Source: an uncultured Nitrospinota bacterium
GTDB lineage: Bacteria > Tectomicrobia > Entotheonellia > J063 > CAVPRW01
Length of the DNA stretch: 64,000 bases
Direction of reading: 5' to 3'
Assembly: GCA_963707985.1 (NCBI GenBank)
Contig: CAVPRW010000045.1
Coordinates: 128,001 to 192,000 of the forward strand
This document shows, piece by piece, positions 20,111 to 31,567 of the stretch. The notes below the pieces were generated by a model. The model did no database searches and was not told the DNA's origin. It worked only from the letters and a program-made list of their open reading frames with translations. Each line of letters opens with the position of its first letter. Position 1 is the first letter of the stretch. The position numbers and the translations under genes are program-made.

Positions 20111-21585
20111 AGTGGACGAGAGCGTCGAGTAACTCCGCGTTCGGGATCTCTGGCCATTGGGCTACGTGTCCCGTGGAGATCATGGACCGTACGCCCCTGT
20201 CGTGGACGATCTCTTCCACGAATTCCTTTGGCGTGCCATTGTGGCTACCGTGATGCGACACTTTGAAAAATGTGGTTTTGCGCAGCAGCTCGTTGGTGGA
20301 CGAATGTCGCAGCGCTGCTTGCCATAAACCCCACTGCGCATCGCCGGGGAAGAGCAGGTGCGCCTGCCCGATTTTGAGCATCAGCATGAGACTGGTGCCG
20401 TTGACCGCCTTGTCCAGGGCTACTGCGACGGCTTGCTCCAGTTCGCCCATCTTCGCGATGGCTTCCTGGTCGTCTAACGACAGCTCGGGAAAGCCAGGCA
20501 TGGGACAGCTTTGCGGTAGTCCCCGGAAAAACACATTTCGCAAGCCACTGGCATCCTGGTTTGCCGCGACTTCGGCCCAGACTGAAGGAGGGATGCGCCA
20601 CTCAGGAGCAAAGGGCTCAGGCACGGAAGCCCCTGCCCCCAGAGAGTCGGCGAGGCGGAGATAGCTCTCACCCTGGGGTGGATCCATGTCCCGAATGACG
20701 TCCGGATCGCGTGAGGGTCCCAGAACATATACGGTTACCTCAGGCAAAACGTCCGTCTTGAGGATGAGGTCCGATGTGCCGTCGCCGGGCAGGAAGCGTC
20801 GCGTCGGATTGCCAGCAAAGCCCTCGTGGAGCGTGGCCATCGCTCGTTCGTTTGACAGGGCATTGAGCGCTAGCTCCTGCGAACGCTGCAAGCGAGTGTG
20901 GTCGGCGGCGGACAGTCCCGCGGCCATGAGCTGTGTCGCAAGCGAGGTGCTAAGCGCTAGTGCCAAACGGCTCTGCCTCTCGCGGATCTGGCGGGCTTTG
21001 GAGTCCGTGGGGTGTTCTGTCCAGGGGAGCCACACCTCGCGGACCTGGACCCTCTCCCATCCCGGTCTAGCGAAACCGGAGACATGGTCACGATGGCGGT
21101 GTGGCGCGACGACTACGTCTATCCGAGGCTCACGAGTGCTAGGGTCAGTTGCATCCTGCCATAATTGCTGAAGCACCGTATCCATAGAAACATCAGGCGC
21201 TTGAGCGACCGAACCACAGTCGAACTCGACTTTGGCCATTGTTCTCGAAACCAGATACCAGGGAAAATGGCAGTAGATGAGGGCTTTGTTGAAGGGGAAT
21301 AGGAGGCTCTGAGAATTTCATGATATCTGCCTTCCTACCAGACTTCACCGAATTTCCGCCCAGCACCGGCCCGCCCTTGCCTGATCGATAAGGGCTCCAT
21401 TCCTAGATGGCCAAAGTCGAGTCGAAGAGAATACGCCGATTGCCGTCAGCGCCGGTGATCGTCACCAAAAAACAATCACCGAAGCCAACGTTGTACATGC
21501 GGACGCTGACCTGGACAGCGGGTCTCGTCCCAGCACGAGTCCGGGCCCGTTGCGGAAGATGCGGAGGTTGATTTCGCGTGGCCAT
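20110..21585 (-). pseudogene. ComEC/Rec2-like MBL-fold hydrolase interrupted by a MITE
   Basis: VRMYNVGFGDCF..ILFD|CGS, HRHRDHVSGF, NGTSL, LFPGDAQ, KVSHHGSHN. Confidence 0.8.
21225..21421. mobile_element. 197-bp MITE / non-autonomous IS derivative
   Basis: Perfect 15-bp TIR CTCGACTTTGGCCAT; 5-bp TSD TCGAA at 21220-21224 and 21422-21426; removal restores the host frame. Confidence 0.9.
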
Positions 21586-21634
21586 TCTTGCTCACCTCAT
21601 GTGGAGCATTCTCAGGCTGGCCCGGCGGACCATT

Positions 21635-22030
21635 CGGACGGTCACCTTCGCCTCGTTGGTATTCGGTGGCGTGATGGATGCCTGTCCCGATCTCAAGATT
21701 TGTCTGTCTCACGGTGGTGGGTATACCTGCTATGGTATCGGTCGGATGGACCGCGGCTGGCAGGTTCGCTCCGAGGCCCGCTTGCAGATCAGCCGGCCTC
21801 CGCGTGCCTATTTGCGGCGTTTCCACTACGACTGCATCGTCTACACTGAGTCCGCGTTGCGGTACCTCATCGATACTGTTGGCGTCGATCGGGTCGTTTT
21901 CGGCACCGACTGGCCCTATGACATGGTGTTCGACTGGCCGGTATCGTGGATCCTGAGCCTCGAACGCCTGACCCAGGAGGAAAAGGAAGCCATTCTCTGG
22001 AAGAACCTGGAGCAGCTGCTAGGGCTGTAA
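21635..22030 (+). pseudogene. C-terminal fragment of an amidohydrolase_2 (ACMSD-like) protein
   Basis: LVFGGV..CLSHGGGY..VVFGTDWPY; N-terminal part absent. Confidence 0.75.
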
Positions 22031-22253
22031 GGTGGCCAGGCGCATACGGTGCTCATCTCGCTGGCAGCACTGTGAGGAAGGCCCTGCAGGTGGGCATAGG
22101 CCGCCAGGTTCAGGTGCCTGTTGGCAGAAAGGGATGGCATGTGGCATGCGTTAAGAGGGTGGGCCGCATTGATCACCTGTTGGTACGGTACCCCAGGTGT
22201 CCTGGCCACCAACGCGGCACCTACCATCTCCTTCTTCCTTGTCTTTGGCCGCT

Positions 22254-23074
22254 TTATCCCGGCAGGTTCCAGCCGATCCAGTTGCACATGGCGCGCCCCA
22301 TCACCAGACTCCTGGTCACGCCCCGACAGCCACGACAGCTCTTCCGTGAACATCGTGACGCATTGCCGCCAGGAGCAGGGCATGCGGGTGATATCCGTCC
22401 CCCAGAACATACGCTCGGGGCCAAAGGCGTCATAGATCTGGCGGATGTAAGGCTGAATATTGCGATACGGATAGGGTTCACTAGAGTAGCTCGGCGCCCC
22501 GCTGGCCTTGACTGCGACATTTGGATGCTTAGCCAGTGCCAACAGCTCTGGTAAATTCGCGAATCCCGCAGCATCCTTCGAACCCCCGGCCCTGCCCAGG
22601 TGATCGACGTGCAGCTTCAGCCCCGGATGACGGGCTGCGATCTCCCCAACGACCGGCAGGAAATTCCCCGCGGCCAGCCCAATGGGTATCCCAGTGCGTT
22701 CAGCCCCCGACCACAACCAGTCCAGGCTCCCATCTCTTAGCCAGGCCTGCTGCTGCGGTTGCTGAAACGTGAAGCGGAGGCCGAGCATTCCTGGCCGCTG
22801 CTTCCAGCCGTCGAGCAATGTACGGCTCTCCGGACGATCGAGGGGGAAGTTCCCCAGAATGGAGAGGCGGTCAGGGTGCTGGCGGGCCGCTTCAACTGCC
22901 ACCTCATTGGCATTCGGATCCCAGCCCGGCGGATGGATGACGGCCGCGTTGACGCCCGCTTCATCCATTTCTTTGAGCAAGATCATCCTTGGTGAAGGAA
23001 GAGATCTGTCGGTGAGCCGGATTGGTAGGTATACCACTTGTCCAGATATGCACTTGCGAGTCAACGATCAGCAT
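22254..23074 (-). CDS. Amidohydrolase_2 family protein, frameshifts near 22980 and 22310
   Basis: MLIVDSQVHIW, VDHLG, FGPERMFWGTD, LVMGRA spread over three frames. Confidence 0.75.
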
Positions 23075-23524
23075 GACAGGCTCCTTTTGCAGGTGTGGTC
23101 CGTTCTCGTGTCTCATGCTCCATAACGCCGGAGAGTCGTCTACCACCATGTCCGGCGTCCTGACGATGCCATTGTCGCGCAGTGCTGATATTGTGGCAAG
23201 GGTTTTGTCTTGGAAGCTTTCACTGATGAGCCTGTTGGGGTATGATCTTGCACTATGCTTCGCGAGCAATGCCTCGGTGCACTACGATTTTACCGAGAAC
23301 CGGCAGTAGGAGTGGTTTTCGTGGCTGGAGAAACCGTTTGCGCAGGTGCAGACGGTCGGCAAACCGCTCCACCCACGTCATGCGCAAGACTTGCAAAGTG
23401 TGCTTCAACTTCCTATCCTTAACTGCAGTAACGTCCCAACGACGCAGCGCGCTGCGGAACAGACGGTGTACTACCGGTTTATGAAAGATGACGGCCTCGA
23501 CACGGTGCACGGAAGGAAAGGACT

Positions 23525-24244
23525 ATGGCTGTCTCAACCATCACCTCCATGTCCAGAGCAGAACTCGATGATGCCCTGCCGGCGCTGGAAAACGGCGATC
23601 GGCTGACACGTGCCGAGTTCGAACGTCGCTATGAGGCGATGCCACACCTCAAGAAAGCCGAGTTCATCGAAGGAGTCGTCTACGTGCCTTCGCCTGTGCG
23701 TCACCGCCCGCATGGCGCACCACATGCACAGCTGATGACTTGGTTAGGCCTGTACACCGCAAACACGCCTGGCGTCGAAGTCGGTGATAACAGTAGCGTG
23801 CGGTTAGACCTGGACAACGAGCCGCAACCAGATGCACTGTTGTTTATTGGGCCTATCCACGGAGGTCAAGTCCGTATCAGTGACGATGGGATTATCGAGG
23901 GGGCTCCCGAACTGGTCGCTGAGGTGGCGTCGAGTTCTGTGAGCTATGATTTGCACACCAAGCTGCACGTCTACCGCCGCAATGGGGTGCGCGAATATAT
24001 TGTCTGGCGCGTGTTAGAACGGGAGATCGATTGGTTCGTCCTGCGGGATGGACAATACGAGCGGATGCCTGCGGACGCTCAGGGCCTGGTCCGGAGCGAG
24101 GTCTTCCCCGGATTGTGGCTTGACCCGGCGGCGCTGATACGGGGTGATCTGTCGACCGTGCTGGCTATCATTCAGCAAGGTCTGGCCAGTCCTGGACACC
24201 ATGCTTTTGTCGCACGTCTTCACTCCCAGGCCTCCACACCCTAG
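23525..24244 (+). CDS. Uma2 (DUF820) family endonuclease
   Basis: [36 protein letters not shown]. Confidence 0.9.
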   Translation: MAVSTITSMSRAELDDALPALENGDRLTRAEFERRYEAMPHLKKAEFIEGVVYVPSPVRHRPHGAPHAQLMTWLGLYTANTPGVEVGDNSSVRLDLDNEPQPDALLFIGPIHGGQVRISDDGIIEGAPELVAEVASSSVSYDLHTKLHVYRRNGVREYIVWRVLEREIDWFVLRDGQYERMPADAQGLVRSEVFPGLWLDPAALIRGDLSTVLAIIQQGLASPGHHAFVARLHSQASTP

Positions 24245-24319
24245 GTGTCATTGCCCAAGAACATCAACTAGCACCGATACACTCTACCGCTCAGGCGGGC
24301 AGTTTCCCGAAGTCTTCCT

Positions 24320-24593
24320 CCGAGGGGCGGGCGTCCCAGAGGAGGCGGTCGCTGCCTTCAAGCGCGTTCTCATTCACAACCCCGATTTTCTGGAGACGCA
24401 CCTCATCCTCGCGATCCTCTATACGGCCTTTGGCTGGGAGGTTGAGGCCCGCGCCGAGGTGGCAGAGGCTCTACGAATCAATCCCAACTTCTTTCTGCAG
24501 GAGATCAGTATGGTATGGCAAGCGGACCTCTCGAAAAATCAGGAGGGATTAGAGCGCCTTCTTGGCGGCCTGCGTAACGCAGGGCTACGGTGA
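24320..24593 (+). pseudogene. TPR C-terminal remnant (cyclase/TolB-TPR type)
   Basis: EEAVAAFKRVL..NPDF..EARAEVAEALRINPNF..LRNAGL; no start. Confidence 0.55.
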
Positions 24594-24620
24594 GGAAGTT
24601 GCTATGAGAAGGAACCTTGC

Positions 24621-26585
24621 ATGACTCGCGGCATGATTCCTGAGGACCTGTTTCACATTCAGTGGGTATCCGACGCGCGCCTCTCGCCCGATGGGCGCCT
24701 GGTAGCCTTCACGGTCACGCGCCTGGACGAGGAGGCCGACGACTATCGCTCGGCGATCTGGCTGGGGTCGGCTGATGGTTCGATCCCAGCCAGGCGCTTT
24801 ACCGCAGGCGCGAGCAAGGACAGCACGCCGCGCTGGTCGCCCGATGGCACACGCCTGGCCTTTCTCTCCGACCGCGAGGGTGGCAAGGCACAGATCTACG
24901 TCATTGGTATCAGCGGTGGCGAGGCCCGCCAGCTCACCGCTATCCCCCAGGGTGCTGGCACACCCGTGTGGTCGCCTGACAGCACGCGACTAGTCACCGT
25001 GGTGCGGATGGGTGGCGAGGATCATGGGAGCCAGCCGGACAAGTCGAAGACGCCCCCGGCGCGGCTGATCACCAGGCTCAAGTACCGCGCCAATGGCGAG
25101 GGTTTTATTTATGATCGCCATCGGCACCTGTTCGTCGTCGATGCGGTTACCGGTGATACCCGCCAGCTCACAGATGGTGACTGGGACGACATCCATCCCG
25201 CCTGGTCGCCCGATGGCGCCCACCTTGCTTTTGTCTCGGCCCGCCACCGCAACCGCGACCACGATCATGCCGAGGACATCTTCGTCATGGATACAGCAGG
25301 GGGCGAGCCTGTGCGGCTGACTCCCGGTGGCGGTGCCTGCTCGCTGCCCGCCTGGTCGCCCGATGGACAGATAATTGCCTATCTGGGCTATGCCGATGCG
25401 GAAGGTGCACCACGCCACAGTCGTCTGTGGCTGGTCCCGGCAGGCGGTGGCAGTCCTCGCTGTCTGACCATGGGCTTCGACCGGCACCTGGAGATCGCCG
25501 ACGCGGCGGCACCGCTCTGGCGGACAGACGGCACCGCCCTCATTGTGGGGGTCGAGGACCGGGGTACCGTGGGGGTGATTCAGGTGCAGGTGGCGGATGG
25601 GAAGGTAACGCCGCTGGTTTCGGGGAGGCGGAGCGTGGCCTCTTATAGTGTGGTTGGTACCACTGTGGCGTTTACCGCTTCGGAGCCACATCGTCCTGCT
25701 GAAGTGTATGTGTGCACGGAACTAGGCGAGCGCCAGCTCAGCGATCTTAACGCCGACTGGCGTGTTGAGGTCAAGCTGCCGGAGCTCGAGTACTTCACGG
25801 TACGGTCGGGCGACGTTGAGGTCGACGCCTGGGTGATGCGTCCTGCTGGATTCGAGCCAGGACGGCGTTACCCGGCGTTGGTCAACATCCACGGCGGACC
25901 ATTTGCCCAGTATGGCTGGGCCTTCTTCGACGAGTTCCAGGTGCAAGCCGGAGCGGGCTATGCCGTCATCGGCTGTAATCCGCGTGGGAGCAGTGGCCGA
26001 GACGAGGCTTTCGCCCGAGCGATCATTGGCTGTCCTGGAGAGCCCGACTCGGCCGACGTGCTGGCCGCACTTGACGAGGCACTGCGGCGCTACGACTTCA
26101 TTGACTCAACGCGCCTCGGGTTGCTCGGTGGCAGCTACGGTGGTTATCTCGCGGCCTGGGTTGTCGGTCATACCGACCGATTTCTAGCGGCGGTGCCGGA
26201 GCGTGGCCTCTATAACCGCTACAGCAAGGACGGCACCAGTGACATCTGGTCGGGCTATACCTATCTGCGGGTTCGCCAATGGGAAGACCCAGAGCTATAC
26301 TGGCGCTATTCGCCGATCGCCTACGTGCAGAACATCCGCACGCCACTTCTAATCCTGCACAGCGAGGAAGACCTGCGCTGCCCGATCGAGCAGGCCGAGC
26401 AGCTCTTTGTGGCGTTGAAGCAGATGCGGCGGGAGGTGCGGTTTGTCCGCTTCCCGGGTGAGAACCATGAACTGTCGCGCAGCGGTAAGCCTAGCCACCG
26501 GCTGCAGCGCTTTGGCTATCTCCTGGACTGGTTTGCCGAGAAGCTGGCCTCGCCGGCTGAACCAGACGCTCAGGTGGCTTCATAA
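24621..26585 (+). CDS. S9-family (acylaminoacyl/dipeptidyl) serine peptidase
   Basis: PD40 repeats (WSPDG), IHGGP, GGSYGG, HSEEDLRC, GENH. Confidence 0.92.
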   Translation: MTRGMIPEDLFHIQWVSDARLSPDGRLVAFTVTRLDEEADDYRSAIWLGSADGSIPARRFTAGASKDSTPRWSPDGTRLAFLSDREGGKAQIYVIGISGGEARQLTAIPQGAGTPVWSPDSTRLVTVVRMGGEDHGSQPDKSKTPPARLITRLKYRANGEGFIYDRHRHLFVVDAVTGDTRQLTDGDWDDIHPAWSPDGAHLAFVSARHRNRDHDHAEDIFVMDTAGGEPVRLTPGGGACSLPAWSPDGQIIAYLGYADAEGAPRHSRLWLVPAGGGSPRCLTMGFDRHLEIADAAAPLWRTDGTALIVGVEDRGTVGVIQVQVADGKVTPLVSGRRSVASYSVVGTTVAFTASEPHRPAEVYVCTELGERQLSDLNADWRVEVKLPELEYFTVRSGDVEVDAWVMRPAGFEPGRRYPALVNIHGGPFAQYGWAFFDEFQVQAGAGYAVIGCNPRGSSGRDEAFARAIIGCPGEPDSADVLAALDEALRRYDFIDSTRLGLLGGSYGGYLAAWVVGHTDRFLAAVPERGLYNRYSKDGTSDIWSGYTYLRVRQWEDPELYWRYSPIAYVQNIRTPLLILHSEEDLRCPIEQAEQLFVALKQMRREVRFVRFPGENHELSRSGKPSHRLQRFGYLLDWFAEKLASPAEPDAQVAS

Positions 26586-26679
26586 ACCACGCATGCGCTA
26601 GATGCGTTGCAACCCGTTCACTCTAGACCTTCTGGCGATGGTCACTGGCAATCGGCAGGGTGGATTGCCGAGGCGGTGG

Positions 26680-27290
26680 CGCACTTCCCGAGCCTGATGC
26701 ATGCTTTGTCTAAGGTTGGTCTGGTGGCTCCCCGCCAAGGCGACCTGCCCAAGGTGCTCCCCTTGCTCGAACGTGCTATGAGCCTCTGCCAGGACCTGGA
26801 CCTCCTGGTCTGGTGCCCCCAGATGGCCGCGCCCTTGGGGACAGCGTATATCCCGAGCGGGCGCATCATCGACGCCGTGGCGCTGCTCACCAAGGCGCTG
26901 AAGCAGAGCACTGCGATGGCAAGAGCACGAAACGAGGTGCCATGCCATCTCGTCCTAGGGGAGGCGCTGACGCTGGCTGGTCGCCTGAAGGAAGTGCAGG
27001 TTCACGCCGAACACGCGCTGGCGCTCGCCCGTGGGCACCAGGAACGAGGCGAGGAGGTGTCTGCTCTGCACCTCCTTGGCGAGATCGCGACACAGCGCCA
27101 GCCCACCGAGAACGATCAAGCCGGAGATGACTACCGCCAGGCTCTGGCCCTGGCTGAGGCACTTGGCATGCGCCCGCTCCAGGCCCACTGCCACCTCGGC
27201 CTCGGCAATCTGTACGCCACGATCGGACGCCGCACCGAAGCCCGCACAGAACTGTCCACCGCCGTCGAGTTATATCGGGCTATGGACATG
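26680..27290 (+). pseudogene. TPR C-terminal remnant of a cyclase-AAA-TPR type protein
   Basis: YRQALALAEALGMRPLQAHCHLGLGNLY..ELYRAMDMT; no N-terminal domains. Confidence 0.65.
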
Positions 27291-27915
27291 ACATTGCCAG
27301 AATGTGCCGATGCTGTGCCGAGTGCACCTCCGTCCACTTCCCCACGCCGACGGGGGCATCCCACCAGCCAAACGGGGCCCTCGGCACGTACTCGAGCAGC
27401 GGATCCTGACGTAGGTCTGGGTTCAGAAGCCGGGACAGTTGCTCGTTCAGGACCAGCGTCGGGACCACGAAGACACCGTTGGCAGCCAGCAGGCGAGCCA
27501 GGTCTTGCAGCTTGGGCCGGGTCACGACGGCGTAATCGACCCCAGAGGCGCTCTCAGCCCCCTCGGACCACAGCCTCTGCTGCGGTTGTTGCGCGCAACT
27601 GGGCCATCAAGGGCACACTGCGGGGGGCGGCCGTTTCAACAATGCCCTGGACCACCGGTGCTGTCAGCTTTTCGCCAACCTTGAGGCAGTCGACCTGGCG
27701 CTCAGGAGATCACGGGCCGCTGCGCGCGTCTCATCGGTGGTGAGCACCACACGCCTGATCCGGGCTTCCCCCGGGGGCGGATTGGGCCAGTCGATGGTGT
27801 GCCCGCACGTGAAAAGCCGTGGTCGCGTCTGGCCGGGCCTCTGGCTCCGACGGCGGTGGATGAGGATGACGTCCAGGTTATTGCCAACGTCGCGCGCGGT
27901 GGTCACGGTCGCAGG
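27280..27915 (-). pseudogene. Fragmented amidohydrolase_1-type remnant
   Basis: VTTARDVGN, RLFTCG and VFVVPTL in different frames. Confidence 0.5.
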
Positions 27916-27989
27916 CCCAGCCGACTCGGTGAGGCCAGCGCCAGCCGGAGTTGGCACAGTTTCCCAGGCGGTAAGCAGACGCTTGTAGA

Positions 27990-28200
27990 CTCCTTGGTCT
28001 TTGTAAGGCAGTTGCCACTTAATGCCCTGCTGGGGGGCTGGGGTTTGACATTTTGGACTTCTGCCAGCGCGGGCCGCGCCTTCTCCTCCCGGTCTAACTC
28101 GCTATAGATGGCCGCCAGGTAGGCGTAGGCAGACATTCAATTGGGGTAGCGGATAAGGGCTCTCTTGAAGGCGGCAATCGCTCCTTCGTATCGACCGGAC
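27990..28200 (-). pseudogene. TPR remnant
   Basis: GRYEGAIAAFKRAL..YLAAIYSELDREEKAR. Confidence 0.45.
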
Positions 28201-28215
28201 AGATAGACCCCGCCC

Positions 28216-28691
28216 ACTCCTGGCCTATCGTCATGGACTGCGCACGTCGGAGATCGGCCTGCTGCAGCGCACCGACGTAGACCTCAAGCAGGGGAGAATC
28301 ACCATCCACCGCCTGAAAGGTTCCCTCTCGGGCATCTATCTTCTGCAGCCCGACGTCATCAAACAGCTGCGTGCGTACCTATGCGCTCGTACGGACTCGT
28401 CACCGTATCTGTTCATCTCCAACCGTGGCATGCCCATTGATCGGTGGCCCTTGTGGTGCGCCATGCAGACCCTATGGCGAGAACGCGGGCCTACCGCCGG
28501 AGAAACGGAAGTTCCATAGTCTCAAGCATTCCATCGCCACCCACCTCCTCGACGTGCGCGGAGAACTCCGCTTTGTGCAGGATTGGGTAGTCTATACGAA
28601 TGTGCAGAACACAACCAAGTATGCACAGATGACCATCTCCCGGCGTGATGAGGAGGCCCGCAGGCTCTTTGCCGATCACCGGGTGATATGA
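28216..28691 (+). pseudogene. Tyrosine recombinase (FimB/XerD-like) remnant, 5'-truncated and frameshifted
   Basis: LLAYRHGLRTSEI..HRLKGS, then FHSLKHSIATHLL..VQNTTKYA in another frame. Confidence 0.75.
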
Positions 28692-28809
28692 GGTCAGCGT
28701 TAAAGCTCTGGATTTCTCTGCACCTGGCAGGCCTCGGTCGCCAACAGATGTTTCAGGATTTCAAGTGCTTTCATGCCCATCCAAGCGCAAACCCGCACGG
28801 ATGGTCCCT

Positions 28810-29043
28810 TTAAGGTAGATCCGGAAAAGTCAGGGTTCTTGTACAATTTTGGAGAAGTGGATGCCGCACGGAATGCTGCCCCTCCTCCATTGAGGCTGCG
28901 ATGCTTTCGATAGCGTCGATCACTCCCTGAAACGACTGAACACGGAAGCTCACATCTTCTTCGCCGCCGAGCACGGTTGCCTCCACCTGGATCTTCACCT
29001 GATCAGGCAACTGTACAGGAATGATCTGTTGGCGCGATGTCAT
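28810..29043 (-). pseudogene. Truncated trypsin-co-occurring domain (Trypco1/CU044_2847-like) protein
   Basis: IQVEATVLGGEEDVSF..FQGVIDAIESIA; expected C-terminal strands absent. Confidence 0.45.
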
Positions 29044-29161
29044 GGGATCCTCCACCTTCACCTTGCCCGGCCACTCGGGGTAGGACTCGCGTGTACCCTG
29101 TACACACAGGACACCCTTCCCCTCCTCGACAAACTGCCCAAACCCAAAATCGGGGCAGACT

Positions 29162-30254
29162 TTAGTTATAACGAATGATACTTCGCGCTACTTCGCCCTG
29201 TTCAAGGGCATCGAAGGCAGTGTTGATCTCGTCCAGCCGGTAGGTGCGGCTAACGAGTTCGTCGAGTTTCAGCTTTTTGGCCAGGTACAGGTCTATGAGT
29301 TTGGGCATCGCAGCGCGCATGTTGGCCGAGCCATAGGTACAGCCCATCAAGACGCGATCCTGATGTAAGAAATCGGGGTCGATGGTGAGCTGCTCGCCGT
29401 GACGGATCACGCCCACGATCACGGCCTTCCCCCCACGCCTCGTACACAACAAGGCTTGCTGGGCTGTTTGCGTTAGACCAATGACCTCGAAGGCGTAATC
29501 GGCCCCTTCACCACCAGTAAGCTCGCGCACCGCCTCCACCGGGTCGGCGTCGCGCGCATTGATCGTCATGGTCGCCCCAAACTGTTTGGCATAGTCCAGC
29601 TTGTTGGGCCGCACATCGACGGCGATGATCTGCTCAGCTCCAGCCAGCGCGGCTCCCTGAATGACGTTGAGGCCGACGCCGCCACAGCCGATCACCACCA
29701 CACTGCTGCCCGGCTCCACCTTAGCCGTCCACAGAGCAGCCCCTACTCCGGTGGTAACACAACAGCCCACCAGCGCCGCTTTATCCAGCGGAATGTGATC
29801 CGGGACCTTGACCAGGCTGCCCTCTGGGACCACCCCGTACTCGGCAAACGACGACATACAGGCGAAATGCTTGATCTCCTGGGTGCCCTTGCGCAGGCGC
29901 GTGCTACCATCAGGGAGATTACCGTTCAAGCTGTAGCGCACTGCGCACATGTTTGGCCGCCCTTCGATGCAGTACGTGCAGCGGCCACATGCGGGAACGA
30001 ACGACAGAATGACATGGTCGCCCGCCTTCGCATAGCTCACTCCAGGCCCGACCTCCTCGACAATACCCGGCGCCTTCGTGACCGAGGACCACGGGCTTTG
30101 GATAGGGGCGATCCCCCTTGATGTAGTGCAGATCGCTGTGGCACACGCCGCTCGCCACATAGCGCACACGTACCTCTCCATCTTTAGGGGGTAATAACGT
30201 CAGATCCTCGATGGCTAAAGGTGTTCCGACTTCATACAGGACAGCGGCTTTCAT
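29162..30254 (-). CDS. Zn-dependent alcohol dehydrogenase (class III-like), frameshift near 30068
   Basis: GVCHSD, GHEGAG, CGRCTYC, GCGGVG. Confidence 0.88.
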
Positions 30255-30270
30255 GGCCTCTCCTCCTTTG

Positions 30271-30303
30271 CCCTCACCCTGGCCCTCTCCCAGAGGGAGA
30301 GGG
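30271..30303. repeat. REP-like palindrome ccctcaccctggCCCTCTCCC-aga-GGGAGAGGG
   Basis: Perfect 9-bp stem, intergenic. Confidence 0.6.
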
Positions 30304-30327
30304 AATTAAAACCCGCCCTGTGCCGAC

Positions 30328-31122
30328 CTATAGGCTCATTCCCCCATCCAGGAAGATGGTCTGCCCGGTCATGTAATTCGATGCTGCCGACGCTAGGTAA
30401 AGCGCCAGCAATCCCACTTCTCGCAGCTGTCCGGGCCTTCCTAACGGGACCAGCTGGGCGGCGCGCTGCGCCGTTTGACGAGCGCGTTCTTCTCCAGACG
30501 TCACCGGATCAGGAAAGAGCCCCGGCGCAATGGCGTTAACGTGGACGCCATACGGCGCCCATTCCAGTGCCTGAGCCCGCGTAAAGCCGACCAGGGCGGT
30601 CTTGGCGATGGTATAGACCACCATGTCGCCACCTCCCTGGCGCGCCGTCCAGGACGAGATATTGATCACCTTGCCGGCGCGTCGCTCTAGCATATGTGGA
30701 CCTACGGCACGTGTGCACAGGATGGCTTCCGTCAGATTGATGTCCATGACGAATTTCAGCTCGTCGTCGGAGAGCGCCTGGGCGGCATTGGCTTTCCCTG
30801 GCAGGGCCACCAAAGGCTTGCGAATAGAGTCCCCTAGGTTATTGATCAGGATGTCGACATGACCAAACTCCTTCATGACCGTGTCGATCGCGCTCTGCAC
30901 TCCGTTAGTATTGGTGACATCGGCCATGATTGGCACGATGCGCCGGCCTGAGGCTTTGGCGATCTCAGCGGCTGTGCCTTCAACATATTTGGGAGTCAGA
31001 GCATTGAGGGCAATGTCTGCACCCGCCTCCGCGAGCACCTGGGCGATGCCCTTGCCAATGCCGCGTCCTGCGCCCGTGATGAAGACGACTTTGCCAGTGA
31101 TATCATATTCTGCCGGCAGCAT
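30328..31122 (-). CDS. SDR family oxidoreductase
   Basis: TGAGRGIG, YTIAK, VNAIAPG. Confidence 0.9.
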   Translation of the reverse strand: MLPAEYDITGKVVFITGAGRGIGKGIAQVLAEAGADIALNALTPKYVEGTAAEIAKASGRRIVPIMADVTNTNGVQSAIDTVMKEFGHVDILINNLGDSIRKPLVALPGKANAAQALSDDELKFVMDINLTEAILCTRAVGPHMLERRAGKVINISSWTARQGGGDMVVYTIAKTALVGFTRAQALEWAPYGVHVNAIAPGLFPDPVTSGEERARQTAQRAAQLVPLGRPGQLREVGLLALYLASAASNYMTGQTIFLDGGMSL

Positions 31123-31567
31123 AGGAATCCTCCAACAAACAATGAGGAGCGCTAAGCGCTGAGGACGTTGCTCATCATTGCCTCAGCACCGAGTTCTCAA
31201 CGCTCAGTATTGGTGCTCGATCACGGCTGTACCGCCCGAGCTTCAGGCTCGCCATACTTGGATCAATCGACTAGTTCTTCATGCTCATTGCGGATCATTT
31301 TGATCACTGTACAGAGCGATCCAGCGACCAGCTCCTCTAAGGATGTCAGGCCCGAGTATGCCATTGTGACCATAACCTGTCAAACTGGGTGTGGGTTGTT
31401 TGGAGCGGGAAGCGTTGCGGCGGAGGACGTCCCTGACGGTCACGCTCAGCCGGTTCGACCGAGCGATGTTTCATGTATGATATCATGCCTCAGTCCTACG
31501 CCTACAGTATGGAGTGGGTGGCCGTTCGACCAGCGCTGGCGTAACGATCGACCAAAGGGAGACGGGC

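Noticed and set aside
21916..23064. 382-aa ORF as annotated in the track
   Set aside because: Both ends are frameshift artefacts; the true gene spans 22254-23074.
26607..27743. 378-aa ORF as one real protein
   Set aside because: TPR similarity ends near 27290; the remainder is antisense to an amidohydrolase remnant.
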